Source: an uncultured Veillonella sp.
GTDB taxonomy: Bacteria; Bacillota; Negativicutes; Veillonellales; Veillonellaceae
Assembly: GCA_963523985.1 (NCBI GenBank)
Contig: CAUREE010000003.1
Coordinates: 8,491 to 72,490 of the forward strand
Direction: 5' to 3'
DNA length: 64,000 bases
The notes below the pieces were generated by a model. The model saw only the letters and a program-made list of their open reading frames with translations, had not been told where the DNA came from and made no database searches. Each line of letters starts with the position of its first letter. The stretch's first letter is position 1. Positions 40,392 through 50,588 of this stretch are shown here, one piece after another. The translations under genes were made by a program, and so were the position numbers.

Positions 40392-41573
40392 ATGGCATCG
40401 TCGTACATGCTACAATTACATCTTGGCGCCGTAGAAACGGTCATACTCTCACTGTTTTCCTTCTTACTGGGAACCTTTATGCACAAGCACATTAACATCT
40501 TGCATCGTTGGGCTATCCCAGTGCCTGCTATTGGTGGTTTAACTGTAGCAATAATTGTATTTCTACTACAAATTTCTGGTCTTATACTCATTACTCTGGA
40601 CAAGGCTGTTCTCGTTCCTGCTATGGTGGCATTCTTCGCCACTATGGGGCTAGTAGCGCCCGTGCAAATTTGTACATCTTCGTTAAAAGCAATCCCTCGC
40701 TACTGGGGCATGAGTACTTTGCTTGTGATTATGCAAATCAGCATTGGCTTAGGACTAGCTAGTCTATTTGGATTAGACAAACACTATGCTATTTTATTAG
40801 GCTCTTTATCTCTTGAAAGCAGCTACAACTTTGTGTCCGCCTTAGGTCATGACTTAGGGAATGCCTTAAATGGTGAAACTGTGGCACATGGTATCATTGC
40901 ATTCACTACCATTATCGGTGTGTTCATCGGCGGTCCTATGGGACAATATTTAATCGAAAAGTTCAATCGCTATGAAACAGCACCTCCTCCACCAGATTCA
41001 CCAGCACCGACACCGGTTGGGATTATCATCAACTTATTGTTGGTTCTAATCTGTGTCAGCATCGGCATCGGCGGTTCCCACTACTTATTAGATACCTTCG
41101 GTTTGCACATTCCTACGTTCATTGTATCCATGTTATTGGCCATTGCTATTCGTAATGGTGGCGATGCCATGGGCCAAACGTTCATCAATTCTAAAGCTAT
41201 TGCCTTATTTAGTCAAATTAGTATTACCATCTTCTTAACTACTGTGTTCATGAGCGTACCTGTCATCGCATTACGTGCGCTTACAAGACCAATGCTTGTG
41301 ATTCTTGTGGTACAAGTCATTGCGATTATTCTGTTTACACGGTTCATCGTATTCCCTGTGCTGTGTAAAGATTACGACGGCGTTGTCATCGGCGCCGCCC
41401 TCCTTGGCCACGGCTTAGGTATCACACCAAACACGGTAGCAACCATCGCTACCCTCGGTGGTCGCTACAAAAAATCTGTAAAAGCTTTCCTAGTTGTTCC
41501 AATTACAGCTACTGTATTAATCAATGTATTGGGTATCCCTATCTTGCATTGGATCATGCAGTTCTATTGGTAA
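40392..41573 (+). CDS. GltS-family (sodium:glutamate symporter-like) transporter, divergent
   Basis: IPVPAIGGL, FFATMGL, IGGP, KDYDGVVI...GHGLGITPN, AFLVVPI; about 11-12 TMs. Confidence 0.8.
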   Translation: MASSYMLQLHLGAVETVILSLFSFLLGTFMHKHINILHRWAIPVPAIGGLTVAIIVFLLQISGLILITLDKAVLVPAMVAFFATMGLVAPVQICTSSLKAIPRYWGMSTLLVIMQISIGLGLASLFGLDKHYAILLGSLSLESSYNFVSALGHDLGNALNGETVAHGIIAFTTIIGVFIGGPMGQYLIEKFNRYETAPPPPDSPAPTPVGIIINLLLVLICVSIGIGGSHYLLDTFGLHIPTFIVSMLLAIAIRNGGDAMGQTFINSKAIALFSQISITIFLTTVFMSVPVIALRALTRPMLVILVVQVIAIILFTRFIVFPVLCKDYDGVVIGAALLGHGLGITPNTVATIATLGGRYKKSVKAFLVVPITATVLINVLGIPILHWIMQFYW

Positions 41574-41584
41574 ATATATAATAT

Positions 41585-41621
41585 AAAATCCCCAATCCAT
41601 TCACTGGACTGGGGATTTTTT
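41585..41621. terminator. Bidirectional terminator between the convergent gltS-like and gntP genes
   Basis: AAAATCCCCA...TGGGGATTTT. Confidence 0.85.
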
Positions 41622-41622
41622 A

Positions 41623-42942
41623 TTATAAGAATAAATTAATGATTTCTACACCAATTAATCCACATACGGCAATCACTGTTTCCACCATACACCAAGAGCG
41701 TAAAGTTTGTTTTACAGATAATCCGAAAAACTCTTTAAATAACCAGAATCCTGGATCATTTGGTGGGCTAAAGAATACAGAACCAGCACCTACTGCAATT
41801 ACCATCAATTCAGGGCTTACACCTGTTAATGGAATTAACGGCGCCACAATGCCGCCAGCTGTCATAGCTGCCACTGTAGCAGAACCAACAGCAATACGAA
41901 TCACCACAGCAATTAACCAAGCTAATACTAATGGAGATACATTCACTTGCATCACTAGTTCACCGATATAGGTACCCACACCGCTATCGATCAATACTTG
42001 TTTTAGTGCTCCACCAGCCCCTACAACGAATAGAATCATAGCTACTGTTAAAATCGCTTTTTCAGAAGTAGCCATAATATCTTTCATAGATTTGCCACGA
42101 GCGAAGCCAAATGTATAGAAAGCAATAATAATAGAAATTGTTAACGCTACAGAAGGATCACCAATGAAGTTAAGAATGACCATAATGGTAGATGTTTTTG
42201 GTAGATTCATCATTTTACCGATAGCTGTAGCTGCCATCAAGATAACTGGTACTAATGCTGTAAAGATAGATACTCCAAAGGATGGCATTTCCTCTTCTGT
42301 AAATACCTTATCATTATGAAGACCTTCAGGGATATCTGTTTTGATATCTTTCACAGTATTATACAATAATGGACCTGCCAAAATAACTGTAGGAATACCG
42401 ATTAAAATACCATACACCAATGTTAATCCAATGTCTGCATTAAATAATACAGAAATCGCTGTAGGACCTGGATGTGGAGGCAAGAAACCATGTGTCACAG
42501 ATAAGGCTGCTACCATTGGCATACCTACTTCTAACAATGGAATATCCGCAGATTTAGCAATGGTAAAGATCAAAGGAATCAATAAGACGAAACCAATTTC
42601 ATAGAATAAAGCAATACCTACAATAAATCCAGTTAAACATACAGCCCATCTTACATTATTACGACCAAACATGTTGATCAATGTAGTTGCAATACGTTGC
42701 GCTCCACCGCTATCGGCCATCAATTTACCTAAAATAGCGCCAAAGCCTACTACGATTGTTAAACCACCTAAGGTAGCTCCTAAGCCTTTTTGGATGGTTG
42801 GGAAAATTTTGTCAAGCGGCAATCCTTCTCCAAAGGCTAATAATACACAGACCAATAGCAATGATAAAAAGCTATTCATCTTTACTTTTACGATTAGGAA
42901 AAATAGTAAAATAATTCCTAATGCAAGAATAACTAATGGCAT
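41623..42942 (-). CDS. gntP: GntP-family gluconate:H+ symporter
   Basis: SGGAQRIA, THGFLPPHPGP, RIAVGSATVA, NDPGFW. Confidence 0.92.
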   Translation of the reverse strand: MPLVILALGIILLFFLIVKVKMNSFLSLLLVCVLLAFGEGLPLDKIFPTIQKGLGATLGGLTIVVGFGAILGKLMADSGGAQRIATTLINMFGRNNVRWAVCLTGFIVGIALFYEIGFVLLIPLIFTIAKSADIPLLEVGMPMVAALSVTHGFLPPHPGPTAISVLFNADIGLTLVYGILIGIPTVILAGPLLYNTVKDIKTDIPEGLHNDKVFTEEEMPSFGVSIFTALVPVILMAATAIGKMMNLPKTSTIMVILNFIGDPSVALTISIIIAFYTFGFARGKSMKDIMATSEKAILTVAMILFVVGAGGALKQVLIDSGVGTYIGELVMQVNVSPLVLAWLIAVVIRIAVGSATVAAMTAGGIVAPLIPLTGVSPELMVIAVGAGSVFFSPPNDPGFWLFKEFFGLSVKQTLRSWCMVETVIAVCGLIGVEIINLFL

Positions 42943-42960
42943 TTCTAGTCTCCTTTCTAA

Positions 42961-44514
42961 TTACAAACGACTAAATGGATGTTCCTTTTGGAACTGAACA
43001 AGACGTGCCAAATCGTCTTTCATATGAGTATACAAACTTTCATAAATAGAGAAAAGTTCTTCATATACGGCTTGATGTTGCTCCTTAGGGTGATAAATAC
43101 ATTCAGGCTGTACTAGCTCTGCTGTATCCTTAATATCTGATAAAGTTCCATCAGAAATAAACCCTAACACAGCGGCGCCAAAGGAGGCACCTTCACTATT
43201 ATTTGGTAGGGTGATATGTTCACCGAATATATCACTCATAATTTGTACCCATAATTCAGATTTAGTGAAAGAACCACTAATGCGGATATCTTTTACCTCT
43301 TCAAACTCACGTAATGCATCAAGAACAAACCGTAAGCTATAACAAATCCCTTCCATTGTGGCGCGAATCATGTAAGAGCGACTATGATTTAAGGATAAAC
43401 CTACGAAAGCACCACGCAGATCAGAGTTCCAATAGGGAGCTCGTTCACCAGTAAAGTATGGCATTAATAACAAGCCACCAGATCCAGCCGGTACATGTCT
43501 TGCTTTCATGGTCATTAAATCATAAGGATCCACCGATAATTGTTCCATTTGGGAGCCATGATAATGCAGGATACGATCTCGCATCCAGCGCAAAATCATA
43601 CCGCCATTGTTGATAGCTCCACCAGCCACCCACATGGTATCTGTTAAATTATAGCACCAAGTACGACCTTTTGGATCCATTTGCGGCTTTTCTGTAAGCA
43701 TGCGTATAGCCCCAGATGTACCTATAGTAGCACTTAACTGCCCTTTAGATACAGCGCCAATACCAACATTCACCAGTACTCCATCAGTAGCACCGATGAC
43801 AACCGGTGTATTCACAGGTAAACCTAAACGCTCTGCTACGCCTGCTACTAACTTACCACTATACGTAGTAGATACTACCTTAGGTAGTTGTTCTTCTTGA
43901 ATTCCTACATAGTCTAAAATCTCAGAATCCCAAGTTTCTGTAAAAGCATTAAATAAACCAGAACTAGATGCCACTGATTTATCTGTTACCCATTCTCCTG
44001 TCATCAAACGGAACATGTAATCTTTAATAGATCCAATATGCGCCATACGAGCAAAGATTTCAGGTTGATTTTCTTTGACCCATATGATTTTAGCCAATTG
44101 ATAGGATGCATGCAGCGGACAGCCTGTTCTAAAGTAGAATTGTTTACATTGTTCGTCTTGTTCCATACGATGCACGATAGTAGAGCTTCTACTATCTGCC
44201 CAAGTAATCATATTCCCTAATAAATCAAAATGTTCATCTTGAGGAATAAAACTATGCATCACTGAGCTCAAAGCAATCCCGGATATAGTGACTAGTTTAT
44301 ATTGTAAATCTTTTACAACTCCCGCAATGACTTCTTCTGCAGCATCATATATTTGTTGAGGATTTTGCTCTGCACGATCATATTGTGGTGTTTCTAATGG
44401 ATAAAAAGCATCTCGTACAGCTACAGATTTACCTTGTGCTGTATATGCCATAGCACGCACGCCTGTAGTTCCCACATCAACGCCTATCCATACTGCTTCT
44501 CTAACTTCTGACAT
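42961..44514 (-). CDS. gntK: FGGY-family gluconokinase
   Basis: GVDVGTT, MHS, TWADSR, TGCPLH, TIGTSGAIR, NNGG, GERAPYW; adjacent to gntP. Confidence 0.88.
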   Translation of the reverse strand: MSEVREAVWIGVDVGTTGVRAMAYTAQGKSVAVRDAFYPLETPQYDRAEQNPQQIYDAAEEVIAGVVKDLQYKLVTISGIALSSVMHSFIPQDEHFDLLGNMITWADSRSSTIVHRMEQDEQCKQFYFRTGCPLHASYQLAKIIWVKENQPEIFARMAHIGSIKDYMFRLMTGEWVTDKSVASSSGLFNAFTETWDSEILDYVGIQEEQLPKVVSTTYSGKLVAGVAERLGLPVNTPVVIGATDGVLVNVGIGAVSKGQLSATIGTSGAIRMLTEKPQMDPKGRTWCYNLTDTMWVAGGAINNGGMILRWMRDRILHYHGSQMEQLSVDPYDLMTMKARHVPAGSGGLLLMPYFTGERAPYWNSDLRGAFVGLSLNHSRSYMIRATMEGICYSLRFVLDALREFEEVKDIRISGSFTKSELWVQIMSDIFGEHITLPNNSEGASFGAAVLGFISDGTLSDIKDTAELVQPECIYHPKEQHQAVYEELFSIYESLYTHMKDDLARLVQFQKEHPFSRL

Positions 44515-44526
44515 ATATACCTCCTA

Positions 44527-47500
44527 TCATCCAAATAAACTCATTTGCTCATCTTCTGGTAAGTCGCCTAAACACCCTAATTCCACCATGCGATTCGCAA
44601 TGGTTTGAGACATTTTTGTACGTCTCCGCAAGTCTTTAATAGATAAGAACTCTGCTTGCGCTCGTTCTTCTACGATGGCATCCGCTACCTTTTCGCCTAA
44701 ACTAGTAACAGCTACAAATGGCGGTAATAAAGAGGTTTCATCTTTAATCATAAACCGTCTTGCTTGAGATTTGTATAACTCTACATTGGCAAATGAGTAC
44801 CCTCGCTGTTTCATTTCCAAGGATACCTCTAAGGCAGACATTAAATCTTTTTCCTTTGGTGATGCTTCATACTTCGCAGCTAACGCTTTCAACCGTTTAA
44901 ATTCCTGTTGTTGCTCTTCTAAGGAGCCCATCATAATTTTCAAGTCAAAGGCTTTTGCCCGAATAGAAAAATACGATGCATAGAATGCTAATGGATAATT
45001 AATCTTGTACCAAGCAATGCGGAATGCCATCATAACATAAGCTACGGCATGGGCCCGTGGGAATAAATAGGAAATCTTTTTACAAGACCCAATAAACCAC
45101 TCCGGCACTTGGGCTGCTCGCATTTGGTCTTCATAATCTGTTTGGGCAATCCCCTCTTTATTACGCTTTTCAATACCTTTCCCTTTACGCACATTTTCCA
45201 TAACAGAAAAGGCTACATTATCTGCCACCCCATGGTTGCGCAAAAAGTTCATAATATCATCACGGGTAGAAATAGCTTCATTCAATTTACATGTCCCGGT
45301 TTTAATCAAGGTCTGCGCATTATCTACCCATACATTGGTACCATGAGAGAAACCAGAGATCCGCACTAAGTCAGAAAAGGTTTGTGGTTTTGAATCTTCC
45401 AACATAGCCCGTACAAATCCAGTACCTGATTCAGGTACTGCCAAGGTAGCCACTTTATCTCCTTGCAATTGAGCCGGCGTCAAGCCTAATGCTTTCGTTG
45501 AGGAGAATAAGCTCAATGTTGCGGGGTCATCAAAAGGAATACTCGTAGATGGTATACCCGTCATATCTTCTAACATACGAATGATGGTAGGATCATCATG
45601 GCCCAGTATATCTAGTTTGGTCATACGACCTTCAATAGAGTGATAGTCAAAGTGTGTGGTAATAATGCCACTTTCTTTTTTATTAGCTGGATATTGAACT
45701 GGTGTGAAATGATGTACATCCATATCTCGAGGGCAAACCATGATGCCTCCCGGATGCTGCCCTGTGGTATTCTTTACTTTTGTAAAGCCTGTAGATAACT
45801 TTTCAATAAAACCTCGTCGTTTTTGTAAGTCATTCACATCTGCATATTTGTAGGCATAGCCAATAGCTGTTTTATCCGCAATAGTACCGATAGTTCCAGC
45901 TCTAAATACATTGTCTCGTCCAAACAATTCTTCCGTGTATTTATGGGCACGACCTTGGTAATCGCCAGAGAAGTTCAAATCAATATCTGGGACCTTATCC
46001 CCATGGAATCCCATAAAGATAGCGAAAGGAATATCGTGACCATTCGCGATAAGTGGCGTACCACATTCAGGACAATTGCGCCGTGGCAAGTCAAAGCCCC
46101 CCGCATATTCCCCTTTCAAATAGAACTCACTCCACTTGCACTGTGGACACACATAATGTGGCTCTAATGGATTTACCTCCGTAATATCCGCCATGGTGGC
46201 TACAAAGGAGGATCCTACAGAACCACGAGAACCTACTAAGTATCCATCATCTAAAGATTTTTTTACTAGTTTATGGGCAATGTAGTACAATACACCGAAA
46301 CCATTGCCGATAATACTCTTAAGTTCATAGTCCAATCGATCTTGCACCGTCTTCGGCAAGGGATCTCCATAGATAGACTTTGCTTTCGCATAGCACATAT
46401 CTTCCAAGGCTTTATCAGCCCCTTCAATTTTTGGTGAATAGGTGCCATTAGGAATCGGTACAATATAATCAATACTTTGCTCTATGGCTCTCGTATTGGT
46501 CACTACCACTTTGTAGGCATTGTCTTCTCCTAAGTACGCAAACTCCTCTAGCATTTCATCAGTGGTACGCATATGCTGATCTGCTTTGTCTTTTGCATCT
46601 TTTATACCACTAGCGGTAAGCATAATTTCACGGTACATTTTGTCTTTAGGATCCATATAATGCACATTACCTGTAGCTACTACAGGCATTTGCAAAGTAT
46701 CCCCTAAACCGACGATACGACGATTAATCTCTTTTAAATCTTCCTCATTTTTTAACAAGCCTTCTTTTATAAAACTCTTGTAATTGTCATGAGGTTGAAT
46801 TTCTAAATAATCATAAAATGTAGCAATTTCCTGCAATTCTTCATCGGTAGCACCGTGAGCAATGGCTTGAATCAATTCTCCAGATTTACAAGCTGTTCCT
46901 ATAAGAATCCCTTCACGATGGTCTTCAATGACAGCTCTTGGCAATCTTGGGTACTCATCAAAATAATTCAAATGGCTAATAGAAATCATCTTGTACAGAT
47001 TCCGTAAACCTACCATATTTTTTGCAAACATAATAATATGATGTGGTATCGATTGGTCCTCTTTTTCAATTAAATAGGCCTCTACACCATAGAGAATCTT
47101 CACGCCTTTTTCTAAGGAATAGGCCTGTGCCTCTGGGAATGCTTGTACCACCCCATGATCAGTAATGGCTACCGCTGGATGTCCCCAATCTTTCACACGA
47201 TTTACAATGTCTTTCACTGCTACTAGGGCATTTTTCTCGGACATTTTTGTATGTAAGTGAAGTTCTACTCTGGCTTCCTCGTGAGTATCTGCGCGCTTCG
47301 CATTGTCCGTATCCTCCACAGGGCGCACAGAATCCATATTTAACACATAGTCTCGTACAAATTGCTCATCATAGATGACTTCCCCTTTTATTTGCACCTT
47401 CCCAACAGATTTTAAAATTTTTAATAGCTTTGGTCCATCTTCAGAAGGGCTGGTAAATCGTTTAATAGCCAAGCTATTGTGCTCGTCCACTAGATGACCA

Positions 47501-48225
47501 GTAATAATATACCGTTTTTTAGGCTCCTCACCTTTTTCACGTGCTTTTTGTACAGCCTTGCTGTCTTCCTTAGGTCGAATTTCTCGTATATCTAAACTGT
47601 GAAAATGTCCCGATATGACAACCTGTTCTCCAGTTCTTACAAAGAAATCATCTGTCCGATGCGTGTCTGCCTCATCAAAAACAGGGCCTAATAACATCCC
47701 ATCTTCAGTAGTTAGCTTCCGTCTGCGCATAGGATATGAAGAATTACTAGTCACAGTTGAAGTCGGAGCATTAGGACGATCTATGACCACTGGTGCATCA
47801 TACAAATCATCATAATCTGACGAAGTTTTTATGGTGCCATCACGACTCACATAGAGTTCCATTTCATCGAATCGATTCTCTTCATCCATATCCCAATAGA
47901 TATCGTAATCTGCTACTTCATTGGCCTGTTGTAAAAAAAGATACTCTGCGTCTTCCAGAGGAGTATTTCCTAAATCATCTCCAACGACTTGCTCTACATT
48001 TACATTAGGCATGCGAGTGAGAATGATTTGGTTCATGAAATCCCCAGTATCTATCACTTCGTAGGTGCACCCAATAGCATGACAAATCTCTTCTATGCGT
48101 TGTTGCACCACGGGATCTAATGTTCCCTTAGCGGGAGAGCCAAATATATGCAATTTTCCATCTTTTAAGTAAAAGTAAAAATCTGTTTTAGATTCTCCTC
48201 TTCGTACTAAATGATAGTATTTCAT
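44527..48225 (-). CDS. polC: DNA polymerase III PolC-type alpha subunit without an exonuclease domain
   Basis: OB fold, PHP (ELHLH, TDHG), GSRGSVGSS, CPQC/CPEC Zn finger, PDIDLNF, KLDILGHDDPT, clamp motif QMSLF. Confidence 0.97.
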   Translation of the reverse strand: MKYYHLVRRGESKTDFYFYLKDGKLHIFGSPAKGTLDPVVQQRIEEICHAIGCTYEVIDTGDFMNQIILTRMPNVNVEQVVGDDLGNTPLEDAEYLFLQQANEVADYDIYWDMDEENRFDEMELYVSRDGTIKTSSDYDDLYDAPVVIDRPNAPTSTVTSNSSYPMRRRKLTTEDGMLLGPVFDEADTHRTDDFFVRTGEQVVISGHFHSLDIREIRPKEDSKAVQKAREKGEEPKKRYIITGHLVDEHNSLAIKRFTSPSEDGPKLLKILKSVGKVQIKGEVIYDEQFVRDYVLNMDSVRPVEDTDNAKRADTHEEARVELHLHTKMSEKNALVAVKDIVNRVKDWGHPAVAITDHGVVQAFPEAQAYSLEKGVKILYGVEAYLIEKEDQSIPHHIIMFAKNMVGLRNLYKMISISHLNYFDEYPRLPRAVIEDHREGILIGTACKSGELIQAIAHGATDEELQEIATFYDYLEIQPHDNYKSFIKEGLLKNEEDLKEINRRIVGLGDTLQMPVVATGNVHYMDPKDKMYREIMLTASGIKDAKDKADQHMRTTDEMLEEFAYLGEDNAYKVVVTNTRAIEQSIDYIVPIPNGTYSPKIEGADKALEDMCYAKAKSIYGDPLPKTVQDRLDYELKSIIGNGFGVLYYIAHKLVKKSLDDGYLVGSRGSVGSSFVATMADITEVNPLEPHYVCPQCKWSEFYLKGEYAGGFDLPRRNCPECGTPLIANGHDIPFAIFMGFHGDKVPDIDLNFSGDYQGRAHKYTEELFGRDNVFRAGTIGTIADKTAIGYAYKYADVNDLQKRRGFIEKLSTGFTKVKNTTGQHPGGIMVCPRDMDVHHFTPVQYPANKKESGIITTHFDYHSIEGRMTKLDILGHDDPTIIRMLEDMTGIPSTSIPFDDPATLSLFSSTKALGLTPAQLQGDKVATLAVPESGTGFVRAMLEDSKPQTFSDLVRISGFSHGTNVWVDNAQTLIKTGTCKLNEAISTRDDIMNFLRNHGVADNVAFSVMENVRKGKGIEKRNKEGIAQTDYEDQMRAAQVPEWFIGSCKKISYLFPRAHAVAYVMMAFRIAWYKINYPLAFYASYFSIRAKAFDLKIMMGSLEEQQQEFKRLKALAAKYEASPKEKDLMSALEVSLEMKQRGYSFANVELYKSQARRFMIKDETSLLPPFVAVTSLGEKVADAIVEERAQAEFLSIKDLRRRTKMSQTIANRMVELGCLGDLPEDEQMSLFG

Positions 48226-48249
48226 CGTACTACTCCCTTATTGATTCAA

Positions 48250-49602
48250 CTATCCATTCTTTTTACTAGAATCCTCTTTATGCTTTTTTACCACATTAGG
48301 ACCTGTGACAATAACCGTATCTACAGGTTCATAATAAGAATTAAAGGTATACGTAGAAGATCGCCCATCTCCATATACTATGGTTCTCGTCGTATCTACA
48401 GAAACTCCTTCATGACCTGCTTCCTCTACAGTTTCCTCTTTTACAGCCTCATCGATTTTTTCTATCTTTTTATTAGGAATTCTTTGTTCTTTACCTTTTG
48501 TAATCGTTACAGACTGTGGTACATCTTCCTTAGCTCCTAATATAGTAATGGTCACATAGCCAGCACCTTCTTCGGCGATCACATAGATGGGATGCGAGTA
48601 AGGGTTTTTAAACTGAAAGTCAATATATCCCCACGCCACAGTAGCATCTAAGCCTACTGGTATATAGGAAACAGGAGCAAAATGCGTATCACGTTCTACA
48701 ATATCCATACCAGATAATAATGCTGTATTAAACAAGGTAGAACTTACTTGGCATATGCCGCCACCAATACCTGGCACCAAACGTCCTCCCATAAATACAG
48801 GCGCATCATCATAGCCCGCTTCAGCAGTCCGTTCTCCTACAACTTGATTAAAGGAGAAAATACCCCCTGCCGGAATCAAGGTTTGATGAATTTTTTGAGA
48901 TGCTAAATGAATATTATGGGCTCGGCTTGTATTAGAGCCATCAAAATAAGTCGTAAAGGACCCCAATATGGAAGTGATAGACACTAAATCTTTATCTGTT
49001 ATCGTAGGCTGTGCAGACTCATTGATAACAAGTTCTAGGGTCTCTACCTTCCCTTCTTGTAGCTGTTCTTGCAAACGTTTCATGGTAGCTGTCACATCCA
49101 ATTTACGTCCTACCTTAGCAGGCTGATGTACCACTGTGTTACCTTCTAAAGTAACAGTGGCATTGGCCCCTACTTGTCCCATGGCCTTAGCGTAATTCAT
49201 AAAGTAGGACTCAGCCATAGGTCCATCTACTTTATATCGAATGTTCATCGCTTTTCCATGAAGTAACGCATCTACTCGGTGCATGACATAGGTCATGACA
49301 TCACTTTCATAGCCATAATCCATTACATCAGTTAAGGTTCCCACCCTATCTATGGTAACCCCTAAATCTGTTAAATTCACGGTCGTTTCTTTTCCCTTAG
49401 GATCCACTATGCGAATCCTTTGTGACTGTGTGTTCCGCTCTTGTAAATAGGTGTCTACTTCATCCATACTTTGATGAGATATACTATGACCATCTATAGT
49501 TAATCCATAAATAGTGTTTCCCGTAGGCCATACAAGCCCTGTTACAGCTCCCCCAACGACAACTATAAGAGCTGACACAGTGGCAATATACTTTCGTTTC
49601 AT
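48250..49602 (-). CDS. VanW-family protein (YoaR-like; membrane anchor, PG-binding region, G5-like tail)
   Basis: FSFNQVVGER, GGGICQVSSTLFN, GLDATV, FKN. Confidence 0.88.
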   Translation of the reverse strand: MKRKYIATVSALIVVVGGAVTGLVWPTGNTIYGLTIDGHSISHQSMDEVDTYLQERNTQSQRIRIVDPKGKETTVNLTDLGVTIDRVGTLTDVMDYGYESDVMTYVMHRVDALLHGKAMNIRYKVDGPMAESYFMNYAKAMGQVGANATVTLEGNTVVHQPAKVGRKLDVTATMKRLQEQLQEGKVETLELVINESAQPTITDKDLVSITSILGSFTTYFDGSNTSRAHNIHLASQKIHQTLIPAGGIFSFNQVVGERTAEAGYDDAPVFMGGRLVPGIGGGICQVSSTLFNTALLSGMDIVERDTHFAPVSYIPVGLDATVAWGYIDFQFKNPYSHPIYVIAEEGAGYVTITILGAKEDVPQSVTITKGKEQRIPNKKIEKIDEAVKEETVEEAGHEGVSVDTTRTIVYGDGRSSTYTFNSYYEPVDTVIVTGPNVVKKHKEDSSKKNG

Positions 49603-49609
49603 ACTTCTC

Positions 49610-50578
49610 CTAATTTGCGCAATAGGCTAAACAAATATCTTGAAATTGGCTCATATCTGCTATACCTTGACGGCTTTGCAAAATTAAATGATACAGCTGG
49701 CTAATCAATGTTGCTACCGCTGGGATTTGAATTTTTCGGCGCGCTTCAAAGGCTAATTTAATTGTATAGGGATTGGCTTTCATCCCTTTTTCCTTAAATA
49801 AGCTTTGAATCTCAGGTAATGTCATCCCATAAAACGCACATTCACTGACCATGAGTTGTAAATGCATTTGATTATGCACATAAGCCATCGCCATATCTAC
49901 ACTTCTATTCTTTAGCATAGAGGGGAATAAATCTAGTAATGTTCGTGCATCTTTCGCTAATAAAGCATCTTTAAAGCGAAAAATATTTTTCTCTCCAAAG
50001 TCTGTCATATGCTCTTTTAAAAATGGCGCTGTCATCGATTCCCCATTTTTTAGTAGTAGGAACAATCGATCAAATTCTGTGCGCAAAAATGCTAAAGGCA
50101 CATCTTTCCACAAATCTACCAAGTCACGTAGATATGCCATGCCATCGAGATCTATCTTTTGCTTATGAGCCTTGCAATGTTGTTGTATCCACTGAAAGAG
50201 AGCTTCTCCCTCTACTTTTTCAAACTTAAAGGATTCTACAGCTCCCAAAAATGCTTTATTTCCTTGCAACCGTCCATCAATGGTTTCTGGATACACTACA
50301 ATAATAGGATCTTCTCCAGTATAGCTTTGCAAATAGTCTCGCAATCCTTGCCACTCTGGAGCCAGCTTTTTCTTCGGTTTATCAAAGATAGGCAAATGGA
50401 CAAGCAGAAATACTCGTGGTTCACCAAAGAGAGATACTTCTTGTAATTGTCCTAAAATAGAACCGGGACCTTGCTCTTCACGCAAGGTAAGCAAGGTCCG
50501 ATCTGTATATTGATGTAAGAGATTCTGTTTTTTTTCTTCTAATAATTGTGGTTCATCTCCATAGAGCAATGTAACCAT
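49610..50578 (-). CDS. holA: DNA polymerase III delta subunit
   Basis: LLYGDE, SLFGE, NIF; usual position after comEC. Confidence 0.8.
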   Translation of the reverse strand: MVTLLYGDEPQLLEEKKQNLLHQYTDRTLLTLREEQGPGSILGQLQEVSLFGEPRVFLLVHLPIFDKPKKKLAPEWQGLRDYLQSYTGEDPIIVVYPETIDGRLQGNKAFLGAVESFKFEKVEGEALFQWIQQHCKAHKQKIDLDGMAYLRDLVDLWKDVPLAFLRTEFDRLFLLLKNGESMTAPFLKEHMTDFGEKNIFRFKDALLAKDARTLLDLFPSMLKNRSVDMAMAYVHNQMHLQLMVSECAFYGMTLPEIQSLFKEKGMKANPYTIKLAFEARRKIQIPAVATLISQLYHLILQSRQGIADMSQFQDICLAYCAN

Positions 50579-50588
50579 CTGGCACCTC

